This document shows positions 53,988 through 64,000 of a stretch of DNA of 64,000 nt, piece by piece. The notes beneath the pieces were generated by a model that was not told where the DNA came from, ran no database searches, and worked only from the letters and a program-made list of their open reading frames with translations. Source of the stretch: Bigelowiella natans CCMP2755. Lineage: Eukaryota > Protista > Cercozoa. The position numbers and the translations under genes were made by a program. Position 1 is the first letter of the stretch. Each line of letters begins with the position of its first letter. The stretch lies in the NCBI GenBank assembly GCA_000320545.1, contig ADNK01002106.1:45169-109168 (forward strand), read 5' to 3'.

Positions 53988-55217
53988 GTGTGCATGTTTC
54001 AACTGCCCTTCCAGGATGTGGAGAGAGTGCTCATTCCTGAAGGCGAGGACGGCGGCGACGCAAAGGAGTGCGATAGCGGCCGTATACTGGCCGAGATGTG
54101 CTATGCTCTCTATCCCCCAAAACAGATGAAGAAACGCACAACATCCACTGCCGCCCTCAAAGCTGATGCCTCTTCCTCTTCTACCGCAAGATCGTCGTCT
54201 TCTATTCCTGGAGAGCTCTACCGAGCCGGTGAGGTAGCCCGCCTTAAGAGTACCCTTGGCAAAGACTACACGGAGGAGGTGTTTTTCGGGTCGGATGCCA
54301 TTGATCTGCAGAGCGGCAAGAGGAACGACGGTAGCAGCAGCAATGGCCATCTGGCACACAGTAGCAACACGAACGGCGCGATGCTTCTGCTCTACTCCAC
54401 CGCCAAGCCAAGGAGAGGAAGGGATCTGCAGCCGATGTACGTGATATTCCGCGGAACGACAAGTTTTAAGGACTTGCGTGCGGATATTGAATCGGTAGCC
54501 TTAGCACCTTTCGATGGGAGCAAGGGCAGCGTGTGCGGGCAGGGATTTGTGCGACAGCTAAAACTGCTTGACTGCTCTGTGCGGCGGCAAAAGCCGAACT
54601 TTGGCCTCATCAAATATCTCATGCTACGAGCTGCCCGCGCCTCCAACGTTGTAATTGCTGGCCATTCTCTGGGGGGGGCACTCGCCTCCCTCTGCTTTTA
54701 TGCTCTGCAGAAGCACGAGCATGCAGCACCTTCATCATCATCATCGTCATCTTCGATATCCCCATCTACCCTTCGCCACAAATTACTCCTCCGCACCTTT
54801 GGAGCCCCGAAAGTTTTCCGAGTTGATCTCGCCGCGCAGCTGCAGGCGGCATATGTGCCTTCTGACAAGGACGCACGTTGCATCCGCTACGTTTTCGCGA
54901 ATGATCCTATCCCTTCCCTCCCCCCCCTCCCAGCTTACTCACACTTTGGCCTCGAGCGCAAGTTCATGCCTAGGGACACGAAAGGTTCCGGTAGTAGCAG
55001 CAACGACAGCAACCTTGTTCTGATCTCAACCTCCTCTTCTCCTACCCCTTCGTCGTCCTCTTTCTCTTCTTCGATACGTGATTGGAAAAAGTCTTGGCGC
55101 CTGTTGCACTATCACCAATATCTCGCCGATCTGGCAGAGCCAATTGATGGATTATTGCGCAACCTAGCGGATCACTCACAATACAAAACCGCCTTCATAC
55201 GATTACAATCCTCATAG
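52867..55217 (+). CDS. Class 3 lipase with N-terminal fascin-like beta-trefoil region
   Basis: Exons 52867..52924 (tentative), 52969..53750 and 54015..55217. Lipase_3 motifs YVIFRGT, VVIAGHSLGGALA, TFGAPKV, RYVFANDPIPSLPP, YSHFG, DHSQY. The N-part has GGWETFQL, FSLKAFSNDKYL and VRIKTFDGYYM. Confidence 0.85.
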
Positions 55218-56404
55218 CATAGCTCATTCATTACATTACAAACAAGAGAAATCACATAGAAGAAATGATTTTGACTGTCGCGTCGATAGTACCGTGTTAC
55301 TGCGATAAAGTACTGTACATAGCATATATATTTGGTGTTCAACCTACGACTTTGGATAACTACGTCCACATGTGCTTCGAACATCGTCGGCTTAGCATGC
55401 GCTATAATTGTGCTACTGTGGAACTGTGTCTACCTTCCTCCAGTGCATGCATGGTGCTTATTAACTGCGTAACGCAGCACACACACACCGAAACATCATG
55501 CATTTGATTGCAAGAAACACATTATAGCGGAGACCAACAGATTCAACATTAGCGCTGTATCCGCATTGCACAGCTACGTACATCGCATGAGGATGACCAT
55601 TGAACAAATTTAATTGATTCTATAGAATTCATTGCATCCGTCTTGCACACGCACACGTGCAGCAACAAGCAACGATCGTAGGCCACGGCGGCGTCGCCAG
55701 TTTTAGAGTTGTGGTATGCAAATTCTTTTATTTTTTTTAATTTGTCTTTTCACGCATGCTGGACCGTGGACGTGGTCAGAATAAGTAGCTACAGTCAAAC
55801 CGGGCTGGTGGCGTGTGCGTGGTCGAACGAGTGCCGTGCGGTGTACAATTAGACAAACGTAACATGCGTAGTAGAGTCATACAGTGATATGCTTGGCCTG
55901 CAGCTGCCCTGCGCGAGATCGCCTATAGTTTTATGCAGATGCGCGTGTGCTGCTTACGTTGACAATGGAGACAACGTAAATACCACATAGACATTGCACA
56001 TAGCACAAAAAACTTTGTCTTTGGGCTGAACGTTACATTCTTCATGTACGATCCGCCCACAGCTAGCATAGACAGTCGACAGTCGTTGCGAAGGATTCCA
56101 TCAAGTGTGCACGTGGAAAACACAGAATCCACTATTAGACGTTCATGACAGTATTTACAATGACTTGTGAAAGCCCACGCAATGCAATCGTCTCATCCTG
56201 CATGGTTGGGGACATACATGTCCTGTCCTGCCTGAAATGGTATCAGATAGAACCCAGTCAACTGCTGCAGCAGCAATATTCACACCCTCCAAAGCTCTAT
56301 TTACAGAGACAGGAGCCAGACCACGGTGATGCTTGACCGGATTAAGTAGAATAAAGACCCTGCTGCTGTTGCTATTCAGCGAAATATCATGTGAAACAAC
56401 GTCC

Positions 56405-56727
56405 TTATATGTCCATATCGTCGTCCTCGTTATAGTCTTCACCTTCCCCATCATTGTTTCGCTTCTTTATTTGGATGTCTTCGTTGACATCATTTCCCTC
56501 CTTTGCAAGAATCTTTGTCTTCGAACCCCACCGCTTTGCTCTATGGGCCTCTCTCCGGGCCTTTGCTTCTTCCAACTCCTTGGCAATGTCCGGTTCCTTC
56601 ATGGCTGCAACTGTGACCTTTTCTAACATTTGATCTAGCTTGGATCTCGCGAGCTTAGTGTTTACTGGTTTATATCTTTGCATCTCAATGGCTTTCCGGA
56701 ACTATGAGGTGTAAGAGAGCGAGAGAA

Positions 56728-56775
<48 letters not shown>

Positions 56776-57482
56776 GAAAATTAAGTGGTCGCTTACTAAA
56801 ATCATTGCATTTACACTCAATATCTAAAACGTGACACAGAAGACACAGAAAAAGTGGGCATGAAAGCTGTGTCAGAACCTTTTTCAAATAGCGCATTCTC
56901 CCACTGCCTTCGGTCCTCCTCCTCTTTGCCTTTTTGCTCCAGTTGTATCGTCGCATCTTTGCATCCGGGAATCCGCACGCTGCGCACCGCCTCTTTTGAG
57001 GGTGGTAAGACCGTTTACCACACCGTCGGCATAAAATGTGATTCTTCTTGTTGTTGTGCTTCCCCTGCGAGTGAGTACCCTTTGTTCCGCCCCTCAATCT
57101 GAAGACCGAAACAATGGCCGCCGAGGACATCGAGGCTTCAAGTTCACGTGCCTTCTGAGAAATAGGGACAATGGAGTGATCAGGCTTTATTTATCACGAC
57201 TAATATTGAAAATTGATGTATAAGACAGCAGAAGGATGATCTTGTTTCCACGTAATAATAATTGTGGTGTCCTACTCCTCTACATTGTCTACACGCTGTG
57301 GTACTCCTCTCCGCTGTCACTTCGCGAACAACCTCTAATGGTTTCAAGTCCTGGCATTCTGTCGAAGAGGTCAAGATTCCTGACTGCCCTTTTCTTCCTG
57401 GCCCTTCCCACAGTCGTCCCTGAGCCATCAAAAGGCAAACAGTAACGATGCCGGCGGCGGCGAAGCGCCGCAGGGGCGCCAT
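56405..57482 (-). CDS. RPL37: 60S ribosomal protein L37 (eL37) with signal peptide, RLRGG motif and long charged C-terminal extension; putatively periplastid-targeted
   Basis: Exons 57482..57276, 57154..56879 and 56701..56405, all phase 0 (259 aa). [56 protein letters not shown] is the eL37 zinc-finger signature. Confidence 0.92.
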
Positions 57483-58743
57483 CGGAGATTCTGAAGGATC
57501 TCGGAGATGTCTCAGATATTGCCTCGTGATTCGACTCCTGCGACATGGACAATATGTTGTCGCAGGGATTAAAACCATACTCGTTCGTTCGCCGACTCGG
57601 ACGGAGGTGCCGAGCTCACCGATCCTTTCGGCTCCAACGTTGGAAACACTTCAATGTAGTTCATCATCATTGTTCATTGTTCATTCATCCATCACAACGA
57701 CTAAGTGATTGTTGAACCTGTGCCGGTTCCACCTGCTTCTAGTTTTGAGAAATTTGTTGAGCTTGTCAGGAGCACAATGCAAGTGCGCATCTTGGCCATG
57801 GACCGTGCTGAACGCAGGCAATGACACATGAATCGTGCAATGTCACCAATGAATTGTTCAAGAACGCTGGACAGCTCAATGATTTCTGCTAGGGACGTGA
57901 CTGCCCGCGGATGCGTGTCTCCGATGTAATCTGCGCATGCCACCAACATTGCAAAGAGAAAGCGAACTCTCAGTGATTGCGTGTGGTTTCGCCGCTTGCT
58001 GTGGCATGCACACCTGGCATGCGTGCAGTGAGCGATGCGGTGATGCGGTGCTACATGCCTGAAGCATTTTGGAAAGATTTTCAAAGATCTTTTTGTTGTC
58101 CGGTTCGGAGCGAATTTTGCGCAGGTTCATGGGACACTAGCAGCTAGCTTGCTAGACGCACTGAGGACACCTGGACCTGCACCACTCCGCACAGCATGCC
58201 ATGACGTGCGCGCTCTCCTTCCTCATTCAGTTTCTGCTCTTCACGTGTCATCTAGCGCACATGGCACGTGGCTAGGAGATGCAATGGCCATCAGTAACGA
58301 TTCCGTGCGTGACAACATGTGCACAGCTAGACAGGCTAGCAGGTGCTAGACTGCATTGAATTCATTGCTCACATACCTATCTACTGCATGCTCACACAAA
58401 GTACAGCAGCTAGCAGTTTTCAATCAGGCTTGCGAACGCTCAAATAAAGCACAACAAGGATGCACATATAGAACACTTTGTTTGCAATGTCACAAGCTGC
58501 CGCGCCTTTGATGCCCTAGCTTCAACTTCAAAAATGGGATTCTTTGACAAGAAATTGTTCTATGTTCATTATTACACCGCAACTTCCGTATTGTGCACTG
58601 AATCATTCAATGGTGATCCTAATTTCTAACCTTGGAAGATCTCAGGCTAACTTGTGCGATTTCCGAGTTCGTGTGGATGAAAGTAATATCTTCTACGATA
58701 TCAGCTCCTTCACCTGATATAAAATTTATTTTCGGACATAATC

Positions 58744-59356
58744 ACAACGGCTCAAACTGTTTCTGTATGAAGCATTGGCGTTTGAGAGAGCAGTCCCCAA
58801 CTATTTCCTCCTCCTCCTCCTCTCCCAATGCTCCATGTGGAATTGAAGGTGAATAATAAGTCATCATTACCACCGCATAATCATCATCATCACCACCACC
58901 ATCGTACCCTTGCCTTGATAGCTGTCGCCCATCTGTTGGCTTTTTCTTCCTTCATTCGGCCAAGGAACTCGAGTCGCACGTTCAATCGCAATTGCTGTGA
59001 CTGAAAAGACGTCCAACATAAGAAAGCTACAGGTAAGTGGCCGAGTGCCGCTATTCCGTCTTCGCTGATTGGGAAACCGAGCGATCGGGCTCTAAACTGC
59101 ATTTAGTCACCGTGTAGGTGCCGTGGCATGCTGCTACCTTCAGCTTCAGGAAGAGTGCGCCCTTTCCGTCGGGTTTCACGAGCATCTTCGGCCACACCTG
59201 CAGCCTGGAATACTCCTGGCGATTGATGTTGCTCGAATCCAGGCTAACATGGTGACGCGATAACAGCAATATCGGTGTAAGTAACATTCAGAATGATACG
59301 GTAGCAGCATCTAGAATGAGCCACAGTCTGTTCGCAGGTACTCAATATGAGATGTG

Positions 59357-59387
<31 letters not shown>

Positions 59388-60354
59388 ACAAGGGGACAGA
59401 AGATGCAGAGGAGAAAGATGAGGTGGGAGAGGAGGATTAGGAAGAAGAACTGATGGCAGCAAAATGGGGTTGTGGACAAATACTCTTTTCTCCCACCCCC
59501 TCCCCCGCCCTGGTTGCTTTCTTAATCATCATCTTACTCGTTGTAGAAGATTATCGTGCCGTTGGAATAGAGGATCTCGCATTTCACTCCTATTCGACGG
59601 TAGTACATGAACGTACAAAGGAAGAAAGAGTTTATATGACAAAACATGAGCGGCTACTATCAGAATACGACAACAAGAGTAATCGTAACGATAAGGATAA
59701 ATTGCGGAGTTGGCTCCCGGGGGCACCGTATTGCTCGCCCCTGCCCTCCCTCCCCGATTTGTTGTTATTCCAGAGCTTCGATTTATATTTCAAAAATAGT
59801 TGTTTTGGCGTTGGCTGGCAGGCTGTTTGGTCAGTGTTAGTTGCTGCTTTTTGTTATCTCCGTGCACTATTCAGTACTAGTAGTAGTAGCAGTAGTAATA
59901 GTAGTTAAAGCAGTAGTAGTCGTACGTTTTCGCTGCTTCTCCTTCGGCCAAGTCACCCAAACCTGTCGTCGTTATCATCATCATGATAGATATAATGTTA
60001 CTAAAATGATTATTATTATCATTATTTATCAATATTTGTGGTGGTGATGATGATGATAACGATAGTAATGATCAGGTTCACTGTGTGTGTGTGTGTGTGT
60101 GCGTGGGGTAGCTCCTCTTCGTCGCACCTTGTCAACCATCATTGCCCCTTTCTCTGGGTGCTTGTGGTATATTATATCTAAAACAAGCAAATCACACTTA
60201 TATCTATTGTCCCTCGTCGTGTTATTGCAGTCGTCTACTCATCGTTCATATATCATTCACCATCATTGCACATGTGGTATGTATTATCGTTTGCACTCCT
60301 CAATCATAGCATGTTTTTTTGGCTTGTGATTCCTCCAAGAATAGCCACCGCACA

Positions 60355-60391
<37 letters not shown>

Positions 60392-60438
60392 ATATGTAAA
60401 TATAATTTAATATAATATAATGTAATGCGTGCGCGTGT

Positions 60439-60474
<36 letters not shown>

Positions 60475-61046
60475 TTTTGTTTCTTATCGAGTGTGGGCGC
60501 CTTCTGTGCATATCATATCTTGTTTAATTTGACCTTTCTTCACCACTCTATCGATATCCTATCATGCGACATCGTAGCGTACACACACACACACACACAC
60601 ATTGTAAATTCATTTGCACACAAGTCCATACTCTCATCTGTCGTGGGAACATTGTATTTTCAGCGTCTCTCTCCCTCTCCATGTCATTTTTATATGTATT
60701 CCTCCCCCCCCCCCCTCTTCTCCCTCTCCACTTAGCAACCCACCCCGATATGCTCGCTCGGATCGTCTGGCAGCTGCTTCTTTGCCCAGATTCTAATCAT
60801 CAGCGTGTTCCCAACTCATCGCCAACGTGCAATATATCAACATCTATACGTGGATATGCCGGCGCGCGCGCGTGTGTGTGCAAACGCACACGTCTTCGAT
60901 GTGCTGTGAGCTCATACTACAAATCGTCCAAGAGCCACTGGTGTTACTGACCAACCTGTAGTCGTCGCGTTGTGCACGATGTTGCTCGATTTCCACCGGC
61001 CCGGAATCGAAGAACTTCAGTGAAACGCCGCAGCTCTAGGGTGTAG

Positions 61047-61080
<34 letters not shown>

Positions 61081-61635
61081 CACACACAAATATTCAGATA
61101 TTGTGGGAGGTACACAGCGAAATGATATATAATGATAGTAAATATTATATTATTTTTATGAACATCGTGGATAAGGATTAAAGACCTTATCATCGCTGAA
61201 AAGCGGTAGCACATTGCCATCGAGGCGCCAGAGCGACCGAATCACGCTCATCTTTAGGTGCGAGCGGCCTGCAAATGAGAGAAAAGGAGGAGGAGGAGGA
61301 GGAGGAGGGGGGGGCACAAATGATAAGAAAGAACTAATGGGCTTTGTTAGCATCTTCCACATACAATGCTGGCGCCGCCCTGATCTCCCCTTTCATTATG
61401 TTTGTCATATCGCTTCTCTCTGTTACGATTCAGCGGTAGTAGTAGTAGTTGTAGTCGTCGTGGTGGTGTGGTAGTGAAAGTAGTAGCCGAACCATAGATA
61501 TGGCCTTCTTCATTCTCCGATTCTAGGCTGATAGAGAGCGATCTCTCTACTTCTGAGCCCCCCTCCTCGGGTTTCTCCCACACCATCTCCGGTATCACCT
61601 GATGAATGATGAGGGCGACGGCAGAGAGAGGGCGC

Positions 61636-61674
<39 letters not shown>

Positions 61675-61889
61675 TTTCACTCCCCCCCCCTCCCCCCCCT
61701 CTCACTCTCTCTCCCTGTGTATGTGTGCGTGTGTGTGTTGTGTGCTAAGTGCGTGTTGTTATACATAAGGTGCTTTCTCTTCGTTGTCATATTCCATGCA
61801 AACGTACGTTGGTGGTATTATACGGCAAGATCATAACAACGCACCGTTACGACTACTTTATTCTGCACACAGCAGCAGCTACCACTACC

Positions 61890-61927
<38 letters not shown>

Positions 61928-62432
61928 CAATCGAAGAAGATAGTGATACTCTAAAGGAGACTCGTTGTTTGTAGAGGCGGCACTTATTCTAGCCAGATGA
62001 TGATGATGATGATGATGATTATTGCTGTCTCCTCCTCCTCCTCCTCCTGGCTCTTTCTTCTTCTCCTCCCCATCCTTCTCCTCTTGCTGCTGCTGCTCGT
62101 GGTGGTTGTTAAGGCGAGACGCTACTACTCTGTGGAGAGGGGGGTAGGGCTTCGCTGCTGCCATGAGAACGTCATTGGCATAGAACTTAAGAATCGGCCC
62201 TGGAGAGTAAGCAGAAAGTATTCCAGAACAACAACAACAACAACAACAACAACAATAATAATAATAAAAGACACGTATTTCGATGATGCAATAATAGCAA
62301 AATATTATATTCGTGCATCTAGCGAAAACTACTAGATTGCACACCTACGCCGCGTTTCTTGAAGATTCCTATCAGAGGGAAGGGGGGTGGGGGAGTGGAG
62401 AGGAAGGAGGAGTTGGAGGAGGGGTTTTATGC

Positions 62433-62467
<35 letters not shown>

Positions 62468-62716
62468 GGGTGATGGTGATTATGATGGTGTTTATGATGG
62501 GATGATGAGAAAAGCAAAAAAACATAAATCCAGTGATGAAGTGATTATGCACTCACACTCACACGCACACAGATGCACACACATACAAAACAAAAACACA
62601 CAAACACACCTTTCCTCGACTCTTGTGCGGTAATGGACAGTATAAAGGCCTCAGGGTGATCCCATACCTTAATTGATGATGATGATTACTATTATTATCA
62701 ATGCACAGACGACTAA

Positions 62717-62757
<41 letters not shown>

Positions 62758-62864
62758 ACGATTATATCACGTACAGGTATCTTGTCACCAAATATTATGC
62801 AACAATAAGGAATGGCGTGAACGGAGAGAGCAAGATTAAGGTATCCCCCCCTCCCCCCTTTTCC

Positions 62865-62937
<73 letters not shown>

Positions 62938-63163
62938 CTTCCTCTCGTGCCCTTTCTGCAGTAATTGGTCCCTCGTTCCATAAACCCTGCAGTATTCGAT
63001 GATAATGATGACGATGGTGATGATGATAATGACGATAATGAGGAGGAGGAGGAGGAGGAGGAGGAGGGGGGGGGGGGGTCGTTATGGTGGTCGTTGTTGG
63101 TTATTAATTGATGGTGTCAGTATCAATGACGATGATATTTGGGTGACTTCGATTCTGGATTGT

Positions 63164-63230
<67 letters not shown>

Positions 63231-64000
63231 TTTGTGTGTATTATATACATCAAGTCTTCTCCTGTGGAGAGTATGGCGTATGCCGTCCGATGATTCGTCA
63301 TCATCATCATCATCATCCCGAGACGGACGTCCCCCCCCCCCCCCCCCCCCCCCCCCTCACACACACAAAACAACAACAAAGACATCACACAGCTGAGTTC
63401 CATTTGTACAACGAAGTAGAGGGGGGGGAATCGGAGGACGCGGAGGGGCGGGAAGAGATAAACTAGAATCTGCTAACACTCTAGGTCGATCGAGGGGCAT
63501 TATTATATTTATATACATATGTTTTCGTGTTAATCATGCATATATAAAAGCGACTGGTTTTTGAATTTAATATTAGGCAAACTGGCACGCCAAATAGCCT
63601 AATCTCATCATCTCTTTTCTTCGACAAAATCGTCTACTAACAGGTTTCCCCGCCAATCGTCATCATCACCACCACCATCATCATCCTCCTTTATATGAAT
63701 CACCCCATTCTCGCACCTCTTTGCCTCTTCTCTTCCATACAAGCTGAGGGTGCACGCCAGGCGCAATCTGTCAGGTTGTGTGATAACGTAAGAAACCTGT
63801 CCCCCCCCCCCCTCCCCCCTCCTCCCATATACAGTGGTAGGGGGGTACTCAATCCTTCAAAAAAACAAGTATTATTTGGAGGGGGGAAGCCACTGCTTAA
63901 AAAAAGAAATAATCTTCGGGAGGGGGGGGAGGAACTACTACTACTACAACAACTACTACTACTACTACTACTACTACTACCATTCCTGATCGAAAGTAGA
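58744..64000 (-). CDS. Multi-exon hypothetical protein, 5' end outside the window; possible C-terminal PH-like domain
   Basis: Chain of short AG/GT-bounded exons (GPILKFYANDVLMAAAKPYPPLHR; VIPEMVWEKPEEGGSEVERSLSISLE; GRSHLKMSVIRSLWRLDG; SCGVSLKFFDSGPVEIEQHRAQRDDYR|IWAKKQLP; GVKCEILYSNGTIIFYNE; LEFLGRMKEEKANRWATAIK). Confidence 0.55.

Larger units (their letters stand above)
4690..63980. repeat. Dense intronic microsatellites and homopolymers: (CA/TG)n, (TA)n, (GA)n, (CAT)n, (CTA)n, (GGA)n, (CAA)n, poly-C/G, (CACACG)n
   Basis: Directly visible in most long introns, e.g. 5043-5095, 6141-6165, 12672-12711, 37212-37268, 45328-45383, 62871-62933. Confidence 0.97.

Noticed and set aside
57705-58140. 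Stop-interrupted reading frame suggesting a decayed transposon or pseudogene
   Set aside because: Four stops in about 140 codons is close to chance, and no transposase or RT motif is visible.
59097-59110. Apparent 14-nt GT...AG micro-intron (GTGACTAAATGCAG, minus strand)
   Set aside because: An ordinary ~85-nt intron slightly downstream (DRS|QLRLNVR) joins the same frames, and 14 nt is below known spliceosomal intron sizes.
5305-63466. Many short ORFs rich in HT, CV, YI, RE, poly-M or poly-H
   Set aside because: Translations of intronic microsatellites.

Overview
Eukaryotic nuclear DNA with GT-AG introns packed with microsatellites. The organism is most likely a chlorarachniophyte alga (inference from bipartite signal/transit presequences and an RLRGG-capped ribosomal protein). 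About 14 protein-coding genes are visible; no tRNA, rRNA or CRISPR could be supported. The main result is at 1-3395: one reading frame encodes two complete GNS1/SUR4 (ELO) fatty-acid elongase modules, a cytochrome b5 domain and a front-end, Delta8-like desaturase, i.e. a natural multi-enzyme PUFA synthase that probably extends upstream of the window. Other highlights: a 3.9-kb near-identical inverted duplication (30.1-34.0 kb and 48.2-52.1 kb) of an unusual signal peptide / YHYH / Cys-rich / 7TM receptor-like gene with divergent C-terminal tails; a signal-peptide-bearing ribosomal protein L37 whose start Met is replaced by a ubiquitin-like RLRGG site; a centrosomin-motif (CM1) coiled-coil protein; a PPR gene with a 1-nt frameshift; and PRP16, SDS22, DUF4336, a thioredoxin-like 2Fe-2S protein and a fascin-like/class-3 lipase. 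Exon structures were derived by hand; family calls rest on motif recognition, not database searches.
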